Counted from the stretch's first letter, positions 1 through 8,145 are shown. The stretch: DNA of 36,082 nt from Elusimicrobiota bacterium (GCA_037137395.1 JBAXKK010000019.1:1-36082); one strand, 5' to 3'. Notes: generated from the sequence alone by a model not told the origin. Program-made: numbers and translations.

Positions 1-55
1 CGAACCCACGTACCAAGCTTGGAAGGCTAGTGTTCTACCATTGAACTACGCCCGC
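1..55 (-). tRNA. tRNA-Gly (anticodon TCC), 3' end beyond window edge
   Basis: Reverse complement reads GCGGGCG TA GTTC AATGGTA GAAC A CTAGC CTTCCAA GCTTG GTAC GTGGG TTCG: acceptor 5' strand, D arm, TCC anticodon loop and start of the T loop. Confidence 0.93.
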
Positions 56-93
56 ACCCATCGTTATAAAGACCGTACGCTGTCCAACCTGAC

Positions 94-136
94 ACCAAGT
101 TAAAAAACCAGTGTCCTGCCATTGAACTACGCCCGC
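94..136 (-). pseudogene. Degenerate partial copy of tRNA-Gly (5' half)
   Basis: 110-136 matches 29-55 at 25/27 nt. Similarity decays through the anticodon arm (CTGGTTTTTTAACTTGG vs CTAGCCTTCCAAGCTTGG) and there is no T arm. Confidence 0.7.
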
Positions 137-146
137 GAACATGATA

Positions 147-175
147 ATTATAGTTATTTATCCGCCGCCAGTCAA
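147..175 (-). promoter_or_regulatory. Sigma70-type promoter for the tRNA
   Basis: TTGACT (175-170), 17 bp spacer, TATAAT (152-147) on minus strand. Confidence 0.8.
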
Positions 176-232
176 CGCAAATTGGCGCCATAAGCCATTA
201 GTCGCTTACCATACGCGGAAATATGCTAACCC

Positions 233-472
233 AAATCCTCCGCTAAGAAGTCTGCGTTATTGATGATAAGACTTCACCTAATGGGTAAAAAGCGGAAAAT
301 GGCTGTGGCTGCAAGTTCGGGGTCCTGTCACTCATGGGACCCATCGGGCCTGCGGCCGGCCCGGCGACTAGAGCGCCGGTTCCTCCTCAGCCCGATCTAA
401 CCCATGTCTGCCACCCCGCCGCCATCCGTCCAATACAAAATAGCCACTTTTTTTTATCTTAGCGGAGGATTA
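233..472. mobile_element. MITE-like non-autonomous element
   Basis: Perfect 15-bp terminal inverted repeat AATCCTCCGCTAAGA (234-248) / TCTTAGCGGAGGATT (457-471), GC-rich internal hairpins, no ORF. Confidence 0.6.
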
Positions 473-550
473 GGGGCTAACGCCGCCCTTGCTATCACTT
501 CCGGTGAAATTATACCATTCTCTTAATCCGAATCTTTCAGTCCAACATAA

Positions 551-579
551 TTTACATTTAGCAAATCAGGCAATAAAAT
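551..579 (+). promoter_or_regulatory. Candidate promoter of the WYL gene
   Basis: TTTACA (551-556), 17 bp spacer, TAAAAT (574-579). Confidence 0.55.
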
Positions 580-580
580 A

Positions 581-690
581 TTGAAAGATTCCCCGCTATG
601 CGGGTTGCTGAACCAGCGCTATGCGCACCTGTTCAGCAAGGGTGTATGCCCCGCGGAACGCGCCCTTGCTATGCAAGGGGAAAGCTTCAA
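581..690. repeat. Array of hairpins capped by GC-TAT-GC
   Basis: CCCGC-TAT-GCGGG (592-604); GCGC-TAT-GCGC (616-626) nested in TTGCTGAAC/GTTCAGCAA (605-639); CCCTTGC-TAT-GCAAGGG (663-679). Confidence 0.7.
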
Positions 691-691
691 C

Positions 692-735
692 TGAAACTTT
701 CGGGCTAATCATATGAAACTTTCGGGCTAATCATA
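692..735. repeat. Perfect 22-bp tandem duplication
   Basis: TGAAACTTTCGGGCTAATCATA at 692-713 and 714-735. Confidence 0.95.
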
Positions 736-749
736 AAAGAGAGGGCCGC

Positions 750-1700
750 ATGTCACCAAAAGATTTTGCCGGGGACAAGAAATATTACCGCGTGTTGAAG
801 ATTCTCAACCTCCTTAACGAAAAAGGGAAAGTGCGGATGTCAGACCTCGCGGTCGAATTTGACGTAACCGAGCGCAGCATTCAGCGCGACATAGAGCGCG
901 TCAACATGACTTTCGGCCTTGAGCAGACCGATAAAGGCGAATACGCTTTCGCCCCCGGCGTTTCACTCAAAGAGATGCGCCTGTCGGGCGAGCAAATGTC
1001 AGCCCTTATATTCATGCACGAAATGTTCAAAGGCATGGGCGGCGCCTTCAGCGGCTCCTTTGAAGCTCTCTTGCACCGCATGACCAAAAGCGCGCCGTGG
1101 GAATCGCCTTACGCGATAATAATGCCCCGGCCCGGCAAAAATCTCGATATAAAAAAATTCATCCCCGCAGTAGAAACCGCCATCCTGGAATGCCGCAGAA
1201 TAAGCATCAACTATGTCAGGAGAGGCGAAACGGTCCTGCGCACCCTGTCCCCACTTAAAATTCTGGTGGATAATGGTTTTTATTATATCCTCTCCATGGC
1301 AGAAAAAAAAGGCGAGTATCTGAAATACCGGCTGGACAATATAAGCAGCCTGGAACTCACTCCGCAGATTTTCACCCCCCCGGCCAATATCGAAAAAGTC
1401 ATAAAGGACGCAACCAGCGTCTGGGGCGCCATGCCGGCCAAGGATAGGAAAATACTGATGCGACTGAAAATCAGCCCCTCAGCCGCCGATTTCTTCCGCA
1501 AAAAGGAATTCTTTCCGCTCCAGCGCATAATAAAGGAAGACAGCGACGGCTCCGTGATACTTGAATCCCGTCTGGCCCAGCTCATGGAAGCCATCCCCAC
1601 CATCCTCAACTGGATCCCGGACATAGAGGTGCTGAGTCCGGAAACGCTCAAGGCCGAAATCCGCTCTCGCGTGGAGCTCTACCTCAAAAAAATAAGATAG
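750..1700 (+). CDS. HTH-WYL-WCX transcriptional regulator (YafY/PafBC-like)
   Basis: N-terminal wHTH (LAVEFDVTERSIQRDI), WYL domain (ISINY...SPLKI...YYIL...YRLDNI), WCX-like C-terminus (IEVLSPETLK); GAGGG SD. Confidence 0.9.
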   Translation: MSPKDFAGDKKYYRVLKILNLLNEKGKVRMSDLAVEFDVTERSIQRDIERVNMTFGLEQTDKGEYAFAPGVSLKEMRLSGEQMSALIFMHEMFKGMGGAFSGSFEALLHRMTKSAPWESPYAIIMPRPGKNLDIKKFIPAVETAILECRRISINYVRRGETVLRTLSPLKILVDNGFYYILSMAEKKGEYLKYRLDNISSLELTPQIFTPPANIEKVIKDATSVWGAMPAKDRKILMRLKISPSAADFFRKKEFFPLQRIIKEDSDGSVILESRLAQLMEAIPTILNWIPDIEVLSPETLKAEIRSRVELYLKKIR

Positions 1701-1733
1701 TTCATCCTCGTGATATCCAAGTTAATCTTAATC

Positions 1734-1762
1734 TTGCCCGGGGCGGTCTTTTTTTGTATATT
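1734..1762 (+). promoter_or_regulatory. Candidate promoter of mltA
   Basis: TTGCCC, 17 bp spacer, TATATT, 11 nt before the ATG. Confidence 0.45.
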
Positions 1763-1773
1763 TTAAGCACATT

Positions 1774-3054
1774 ATGACGCGCGCCTTCTTATTAATCTGC
1801 CTGATGGCCACCCTGGCCCCGCTTAACGCGGCCGCGCAGGAAGCCGCGCGCGCGGAAAGCCTGCTGACTTTTGAGGCCGCGCTCCCCGGCGACAAAGCCG
1901 ACAGCCTGGATTCCTGCCCCAAATTTCAGGCTTTCAAACAGGCATCCGCCTATCCGGACGGCTCATCAAATTTAAAAGCCGTATCTGAAGTGCCGATAGA
2001 CAGCCTACCTCTGCCGGCCGACGACATGGAACGCTCCGGCCTGCTTACCGCGCTTCAAGACACTTTAAATTACTGGAACAACCGCCCCGACTCCTTCAAA
2101 ATCCTGATAGGCGGGGACACCTACACCGCCCGGCAAATGCGCGACACCACACAAAAACTGATCGAAGCGCTTTCAATCGATATGGCGCCCGCGGAACTGC
2201 GCGAGATAATTAGAACCCGGTTTAGAGCTTACCGTTCGGTCGCCGACGACAATTCAGGCAAGGTCGTAATAACCGGTTATTATGAGGCCGAGATAAAAGT
2301 GGCAAGACAACCTGACGCGGTAAACAAATTCCCCATCTACCTAAAACCGACGGACCTGATAAAAACCACACCTGACATGGCCGTTGATTTCGACTACGGC
2401 CGCAGGGACTCGAATGGAAACCTGGTGAAATATTATCCGCGCGTTGAGATCTCCGGCGGGGCACTGGGCGGCAAAGGTCTGGAACTGGTCTGGTCGGCCC
2501 ATCCGGCCCAGATAATGCTTCTGCAGATCCAGGGCTCCGGCATACTGCGTTTTACTGACGGGGACTTTATTAAAGCCGGTTTTGACGGGGCCAACGGCTG
2601 GCCTTTTAAAAGCGTGCAGAAAATATTGATGGACTGCGGCGAGATTCCGTCTATGTCTTTCAAGGATTTCATCAACTACCTGTCGCTCCAGGGCGACCGC
2701 GAAGGCAGACTGGTGGACCTTAACCCCCGCTATATCTTTTTCCAGTCCCGACCCAAGGACTCACCCGCTTATGGCGCCATAGGAACGGGGCTCACTCCTG
2801 GGCGCTCCATAGCGGTGGATCCGCAACCCGTCCCACTTGGAGTCACGGCGCTCCTCAAGTCAAAAAAACCGGTGGCCGGCTCAAACGGCCTTTCCGATAA
2901 AGAGTTCACTCGTTTTGTCACCGCGCACGACACCGGTTCCGCCATACGCGGCCCCGGGCGCATAGACCTGTTCTGGGGTTCCGGAGATACGGCGGAAACC
3001 GAAGCCTCCTCCATGAAAGCCGAAGGCGACCTTTACATTCTGATAGCGAAATAA
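1774..3054 (+). CDS. mltA: MltA-family lytic murein transglycosylase with 3D domain
   Basis: Signal peptide; TGYYE, LQIQGSG, NPRYIFF, SIAVDP, DTGSAIRGPGRIDLFWG motifs. Confidence 0.92.
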   Translation: MTRAFLLICLMATLAPLNAAAQEAARAESLLTFEAALPGDKADSLDSCPKFQAFKQASAYPDGSSNLKAVSEVPIDSLPLPADDMERSGLLTALQDTLNYWNNRPDSFKILIGGDTYTARQMRDTTQKLIEALSIDMAPAELREIIRTRFRAYRSVADDNSGKVVITGYYEAEIKVARQPDAVNKFPIYLKPTDLIKTTPDMAVDFDYGRRDSNGNLVKYYPRVEISGGALGGKGLELVWSAHPAQIMLLQIQGSGILRFTDGDFIKAGFDGANGWPFKSVQKILMDCGEIPSMSFKDFINYLSLQGDREGRLVDLNPRYIFFQSRPKDSPAYGAIGTGLTPGRSIAVDPQPVPLGVTALLKSKKPVAGSNGLSDKEFTRFVTAHDTGSAIRGPGRIDLFWGSGDTAETEASSMKAEGDLYILIAK

Positions 3055-3146
3055 TAGTACCAGTGGTTAGTGAATAGTGGCGAGTGATTAGTGAGCAGGA
3101 GTTACCTTAAACTTCTATACACTATCCACTCGCCACTATTCACTGC
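3055..3146. repeat. Inverted heptamer (AGTGNNT) array after mltA
   Basis: 18-bp perfect IR AGTGAATAGTGGCGAGTG (3069-3086) / 3127-3144 within 7-bp periodic repeats. Confidence 0.8.
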
Positions 3147-3164
3147 AGTTATGATGTTTTGGGC

Positions 3165-3216
3165 AAAAATAAAAGGAGCGAGATTAGACCTGTTTAATAG
3201 GTATCCCGCTCCTGTA
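3165..3216 (-). ncRNA. Candidate ~50-nt hairpin sRNA, or intrinsic terminator
   Basis: Minus strand AGGAGCGGGAT-ACCT-ATTAAAC-AGGT-CTA-ATCTCGCTCCT-TTTATTTTT, directly downstream of a strong promoter. Confidence 0.5.
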
Positions 3217-3221
3217 AAAAT

Positions 3222-3249
3222 AGTATAGCAGACCATTAATTTTTGTCAA
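3222..3249 (-). promoter_or_regulatory. Strong sigma70-type promoter with no downstream CDS
   Basis: TTGACA (3249-3244), 16 bp spacer ending in TGC, TATACT (3227-3222). Confidence 0.7.
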
Positions 3250-3284
3250 GGGGTGAGTAGTTCCCGGCGTTTTGCGCCAGGAAC

Positions 3285-3402
3285 GCCGTTAGCCGTTAGC
3301 CATTTGCCGTACGCAGAAAAACAACTTACTTACTAAGCTTATGGCTAATGACGTAAATCAAATGGCTGTTAATTATTCTGCGTATGGCCTATGGCATACA
3401 CC
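3285..3402. repeat. GCCRTTW heptamer repeat element
   Basis: GCCGTTA GCCGTTA GCCATTT GCCGTAC GCAGAA with inverted copy TTCTGCGTATGGC (3376-3388); related copies at about 187-221 and 6981-7070. Confidence 0.7.
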
Positions 3403-3405
3403 ATT

Positions 3406-4134
3406 TTACAGCTTCTTAGATATCTCGTAGAACAGCACGCCGGCAGCCACGGAGGCATTAAGGCTCTCCACCCCGCCTTTCTGAGGAATAGAAATCAGCT
3501 CGTCGCAGTGCTCCATAGTTTTCTGGTGCAGCCCCTCGCCTTCCGACCCGATAAGCATAAAAATTGGGAAGGCAAAATCCATCTTATCAACCGGCTTCCC
3601 TTTCATATCGGCGCCGTAGATCCAAAAATTCTTTTTCTTCAGCTCGATTATGGTCTGATTTAAATTACCCACTTCCACCATATCCACTTTCTCTATGGCG
3701 CCGGAAGCCGTCTTCTGGGCGGAGGGCGTAAGTCCCACCGTCCTTCGCTCAGGCAGAATTATAGCAGAAACTCCGAAGCAGGCCGCGCTGCGGATTATCG
3801 CGCCCAGGTTCATGGGATCGGTGATGCCGTCCACGCCGGCCCACACGGTTTTTTTAGGATCCTTGATACGGGCCAGAGCTTCGGCAAGCGAAAGGGTCTG
3901 CACGGGCTCCACTTCCAAAATAACGCCCTGATGATTTCCGCCCTTAGCCATATGATCCAGGCTGCGCGGATTCATAAAATCAACAGGGCAACCGGCCTTT
4001 CTGGCCATGGACACTATCAGCTTGGCCTTCCCCTCCAGGGAACCTTCGGACACATAAAGCCTGTAGACTTTCCGTCTGCCGCTCTTCAATATCTCTTCGG
4101 CGGTATTCGCCCCGTATAACATTTCTGGTTTCAT
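3406..4134 (-). CDS. rlmB: 23S rRNA (Gm2251) 2'-O-methyltransferase, TrmH/SpoU family
   Basis: NHQGV, DPMNLGAIIRSA, GSEGEGL, SLNASVAAG SPOUT motifs. Confidence 0.92.
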   Translation of the reverse strand: MKPEMLYGANTAEEILKSGRRKVYRLYVSEGSLEGKAKLIVSMARKAGCPVDFMNPRSLDHMAKGGNHQGVILEVEPVQTLSLAEALARIKDPKKTVWAGVDGITDPMNLGAIIRSAACFGVSAIILPERRTVGLTPSAQKTASGAIEKVDMVEVGNLNQTIIELKKKNFWIYGADMKGKPVDKMDFAFPIFMLIGSEGEGLHQKTMEHCDELISIPQKGGVESLNASVAAGVLFYEISKKL

Positions 4135-4164
4135 TATATATTTCCTTGACCTAGTGTAGTTGGG

Positions 4165-5259
4165 CTATTTTACGATTCCGGCATTTCCGAAGGTAGAACC
4201 GACGCTCAGCGCCGTCCGTATCTCAAGGCAATCCGGAGTAACGCGGCGCAGTTTCCCCACGGCCTCGGCCAGGGTAACGCTTTGGCAGGAATATCTGTTC
4301 AGGGCCACCATGCGCCCGAACCTTTTCTGCTCTATCAAATCCACCGCGCTAACGCCGAAACCGGTGGCCAGCCATCTGTCAAAAGGCGTGGGCGAACCAC
4401 CGCGCTGCAGGTGCCCCAAAACTACCACCCTGCATTCCACTTCAATATTCTTCTCAATAAGTGAAGCGATCTTATAAGAGACGCCGCCAAGACGCAACGG
4501 ATCGGGCGAGCCTTCCACCACGCGGCTTACGGTCATCTCTCCGTTTTCCGGCCTGGCGCCTTCGGATACAACAACAATTGAAAAATGTTTGCCGCGCCTG
4601 CGTCGGTCGTTTACAGCTTTAACGATGTCGCCCGCTATGTACGGGATCTCCGGCAGAAGAATAATATCCCCGCCGCCGGCTATGCCGGACCGCAGGGCTA
4701 TCCAGCCCGCGTAGCGTCCCATAGTCTCGACTATCATTACCCTGTGATGCGATTCGGCGGTGGTATGAACATTATCCACGGCCTCGGTGGCCACCTTCAA
4801 AGCCGAATCAAAGCCGAAAGTCACATCCGTGGCCGAAAGATCGTTGTCTATGGTCTTCGGCACGCCCACCACCGGGAAACCTTTTTTGTGGAGTTTGTAC
4901 GCGATATTAAGCGTGCCGTCACCGCCTATGGCCACCAGCGCTTTCACCCCCATATTTTTGAGATTCTTAATGGCCAAGCCTGAAAGGTCTTTCGGCGCCT
5001 TGGCCGAGCCCAGCGGTTCCAATGTGTAAGAGAAAGGGTTGGCAGTATTGGATGTGCCCAGAATTGTGCCGCCGCGGATGATGATACCGGAAACGGCTTT
5101 ATCGTCCAGCGGCATGAAACGGCCCTCGACCACGCCCTTATACCCGTCCCTGAAGCCCACAACATCCCAGCCTTTTTTCAAGGCGGCTTTAGTCACGCCG
5201 CGAACAACCGCGTTCAGGCCGGGGCAGTCCCCTCCGCCAGTAAGAATTCCGATTTTCAT
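4165..5259 (-). CDS. pfkA: 6-phosphofructokinase (PfkA family, group III-like), paralog 1
   Basis: TGGGDCPGLN, GGTILG, GGDGT, PKTIDND, MGR, LGHLQRGG; start set at ATG 5259 after AGGAG SD. Confidence 0.93.
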   Translation of the reverse strand: MKIGILTGGGDCPGLNAVVRGVTKAALKKGWDVVGFRDGYKGVVEGRFMPLDDKAVSGIIIRGGTILGTSNTANPFSYTLEPLGSAKAPKDLSGLAIKNLKNMGVKALVAIGGDGTLNIAYKLHKKGFPVVGVPKTIDNDLSATDVTFGFDSALKVATEAVDNVHTTAESHHRVMIVETMGRYAGWIALRSGIAGGGDIILLPEIPYIAGDIVKAVNDRRRRGKHFSIVVVSEGARPENGEMTVSRVVEGSPDPLRLGGVSYKIASLIEKNIEVECRVVVLGHLQRGGSPTPFDRWLATGFGVSAVDLIEQKRFGRMVALNRYSCQSVTLAEAVGKLRRVTPDCLEIRTALSVGSTFGNAGIVK

Positions 5260-5288
5260 CATTTGCTCCTGCAATGTAATCCTAAATC

Positions 5289-6923
5289 TTAAAACGGCGA
5301 CGGATAGAACGGATCATTTTCTTTAGAAACTATATAAAGAATACTGGCCAATATCTGCGCCGGGTGCGCCAGCCGGGCGAAATCGAAATTAAGGTGGATC
5401 TGGAATCTGTCGGCCGAAGTAGGATCCAGGAATACGAAGCCAGCCCTGCGCTCAGCCGCAAAAATACCGTAGCGCGAGCGCAAAGCTCCGCCGAGCCTGC
5501 CGAATATTTTTCTTAAAATGTGAGTGGCGGGATAATCGTCCCTGATAGTGAACACTATCTGATTATCGGTATCCACGAAATCCCAAGTTCTGGCGGACAG
5601 GCCGCCTTTTTTCATCAGCCGTGATATTTCCTGGCCATTGCCGTCACGGATGAGACAGTAAAACACGTCTTTCTTAGCCTCCATAAGGAGGTTGGACTGC
5701 GAATCATAAAGCCGGAGGACCTGCGTTCTTTTAAAATAAATGAAAAGCCCGGCGATGAAAGGGATGGCGAAGAAAACCTCAGGCACAGAAGCCCAGAGTC
5801 GTCCGCCGGGCAGGTTCAGGAGGAAATTTATCACCAGATTTCCCTTGCCGACGAAGGCGAGCAGACTCCAGAAAATATGGAAAAAAATCCCGAAATACAC
5901 GGAACCAGCCAGATATAGCTCGTGTTTAAAATCGAACGAGGCCAGCAGCAGCTGCCGCTGGCGCGTTAGCACATTGTAAGTGCATTCCCGCAAAGAGGAC
6001 TTCCGCGAAATGACGAAAGGGAAAAAGAAGTCAGGCGGGACATCCTTTGGAGGCGGCGGCAGTTTAGGATTCTGGAATCTGGCTGCCACCATCTTCGCCC
6101 ACAATGCGCCGGCTATCCAAAGTGCCATCAGCGCGCCCCACACATAAAAAGTCAGCGGCTGCCGCGCAACAAAGGGCGTCCTTGCCGGGTCTGCACTGAG
6201 TGTAAATCCTGAGAATAACTTCCATGTTTTTCGGATGGCCATGGTCCCGACTGATGGACCCGAACTCTCCGCGACCGGAGCCATCATCTGAGGATCAGCC
6301 GCGACAGTTCCGGAAGAAATCTCCGGCGTTGAAGAAGCGACCGTCTCGGTTGAAACGGATGGTTCATCCTCCTTGAATATCTGTACGCCGCTCTCTTCCG
6401 GCTCCGGTTTGCTTTTCCTGGCCACTTTTATCTTTTTTGGCTTGGGAACGTCTATCTTCTCGCCAGGCTTGCGGATGGTGGAGACAGCGTTACGAAAATC
6501 GCTGTCATCAAGACCGGTGGCTGAGATGGCGTAAGATAAGCCGTTATATGTAAAAAACCCGATATACATCTGCGCGTCCATCGACTCGTAGGAAACATAA
6601 TAGGCGGTGGAGACGCCGTGTATGCCGGCCTGCCGTATATCCCCGGAAAGGCTGTTGCCTTTACTTCGGAGGGAATCGACCTGCTCTTTAACGCGGGCCT
6701 TAAGATAATAATCGCTCAGTTCGGAGTCCAGCTTTGAAAACTCAAAAAAAGATTTGCCCTTCTCCAGTTTGAGAGCCACGGTGGAATCGTCACTGCGTCC
6801 TGTCACCCAGCCGGACGGGAAGTCCACGGCCAAAGCGGCATCCGCGTCCTGGAACTCCACGGCAAAAACCGGGGCGGCCATACACAAAACCAAGACCGGA
6901 AGGCTGCAAAAAAACTTTTTCAT
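5289..6923 (-). CDS. Hypothetical membrane protein (exported N-terminal domain, TM helices, possible LURP-one/scramblase-like C-terminus)
   Basis: 544-aa ORF in operon orientation; signal peptide, about 3 TM segments, beta-rich C-terminal domain ending in a hydrophobic helix. Confidence 0.7.
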   Translation of the reverse strand: MKKFFCSLPVLVLCMAAPVFAVEFQDADAALAVDFPSGWVTGRSDDSTVALKLEKGKSFFEFSKLDSELSDYYLKARVKEQVDSLRSKGNSLSGDIRQAGIHGVSTAYYVSYESMDAQMYIGFFTYNGLSYAISATGLDDSDFRNAVSTIRKPGEKIDVPKPKKIKVARKSKPEPEESGVQIFKEDEPSVSTETVASSTPEISSGTVAADPQMMAPVAESSGPSVGTMAIRKTWKLFSGFTLSADPARTPFVARQPLTFYVWGALMALWIAGALWAKMVAARFQNPKLPPPPKDVPPDFFFPFVISRKSSLRECTYNVLTRQRQLLLASFDFKHELYLAGSVYFGIFFHIFWSLLAFVGKGNLVINFLLNLPGGRLWASVPEVFFAIPFIAGLFIYFKRTQVLRLYDSQSNLLMEAKKDVFYCLIRDGNGQEISRLMKKGGLSARTWDFVDTDNQIVFTIRDDYPATHILRKIFGRLGGALRSRYGIFAAERRAGFVFLDPTSADRFQIHLNFDFARLAHPAQILASILYIVSKENDPFYPSPF

Positions 6924-6980
6924 AAAATTCAGCGCTTAATTATATCAGTTTTAAAAGCTGCCATATGCAATGAATAGCTA

Positions 6981-7070
6981 TTAGCCATTTGCCGGTGGCC
7001 GTACGCAGAAACTGTAAAGGAACCTCCATGCCAAACTGACGGCTAATGGCATTTGGCCCATTACCGACGG
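6981..7070. repeat. GCCRTTW heptamer repeat element, further copy
   Basis: TTAGCCATTTGCCG...GCCGTACGCAGAAA shared with 3296-3320; inverted ACGGCTAATGGC. Confidence 0.65.
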
Positions 7071-7071
7071 C

Positions 7072-8130
7072 TTATCCCAAATGTTTATGTTTATGGTGCG
7101 TATCCGGCAGATGCTCATGACTATGGTGCGCCGGAGCGTGAGCGTGGGGATGATTGTGCGGTTTGCCAGCCTCAGGCTCCATAATATGCCCGTGCGCGTA
7201 ATGGGAATCATCGTGGGAGTGCAGATGTTCGTGCATAAGTTCCTCATGCCCGTGTTCATGCCCGTGCCTCTCCGAAATCACAAGGTAAAAACCCAACGCC
7301 ATAACGATGAAAGCTGATATCAGGGGGGCGGTCAGCGGCTCTTTTAAAAAAACCACCGATAACAACGCTCCAAAAAAAGGATAAGCTCCAAACACCGCTC
7401 CCGACCGCGCGGCGCCCAATCCGCGCATGGCCATGATAAAAAAAACAAGGCTGACGCCGTAACTAACTGCACCAAGGGCCAGGCCGGGCAGCCAGAGCGC
7501 CGGCGCCCATACCAGTTCTCCCGCCCAAAAAGCCAGCGCCATGTTTATACTCCCACCGGCTAAACCTTTTATAAGCGCTATCGCCACAGGGTCTTTGACG
7601 GAAAGTTTCGCGGTAAAATTATTATCAACCCCCCAAAAAAAAGCCGACAGGGCCACCAAGATGGAACCATTCCCGAACGAAAAAGAGAAGTTGTGAAAAT
7701 CCACGCTCAGCAGCGCGGCTCCGGAAACGATAAGCGCGGCGGCAGTCCAGAATCTGCCGCCGGTATGCTCTTTGAACACTATCCAGGCGATAAGCGAAGT
7801 GAAGATAAGCTCTAAATTCAGCAGTATAGACGCCCCGGAAGAGGTTGTGAGAAGCAACCCTTTGAAAAGCATAACGGGGGCCAGGACACCACCGGCCAGT
7901 ATGAAACCGGAGATATAGGGCCAGTCCTTAACTGCCAGCGCCGGCTCACGCACTGCGCCGGGCTCGCGGACAGCGCCGGAAAAAAGTTTCCATGAGGCCA
8001 AGGCCAGGCCGCTGCCGAAATAGCAAAGCGAAGCCAGCATGAATGGTTTAACGCCTGCCAGCATGGTCTTAGAAACGGGAGTCGCCGCCCCGAAAAGCGC
8101 CGCGGCGGCCAAAGCATACAGGTAATTCAT
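7072..8130 (-). CDS. DMT/EamA-family transporter with His-rich C-terminal tail
   Basis: About 10 TM helices in two EamA repeats; 23 His in the last ~64 aa; start set at ATG 8130. Confidence 0.88.
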   Translation of the reverse strand: MNYLYALAAAALFGAATPVSKTMLAGVKPFMLASLCYFGSGLALASWKLFSGAVREPGAVREPALAVKDWPYISGFILAGGVLAPVMLFKGLLLTTSSGASILLNLELIFTSLIAWIVFKEHTGGRFWTAAALIVSGAALLSVDFHNFSFSFGNGSILVALSAFFWGVDNNFTAKLSVKDPVAIALIKGLAGGSINMALAFWAGELVWAPALWLPGLALGAVSYGVSLVFFIMAMRGLGAARSGAVFGAYPFFGALLSVVFLKEPLTAPLISAFIVMALGFYLVISERHGHEHGHEELMHEHLHSHDDSHYAHGHIMEPEAGKPHNHPHAHAPAHHSHEHLPDTHHKHKHLG

Positions 8131-8145
8131 AAGAAGATTGTACCA

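Noticed and set aside
692..735. CRISPR array
   Set aside because: Two abutting units with no spacer and no cas genes; the other arrays are 7-24 bp periodic without unique spacers
560..735. c-di-GMP-I riboswitch in the WYL leader
   Set aside because: Only scattered GGCAA/GGGCTAA words; the P1/P2 architecture with a GNRA tetraloop is not present
1..1700. Intact integrative element or prophage at tRNA-Gly
   Set aside because: No integrase, phage or conjugation genes in the window
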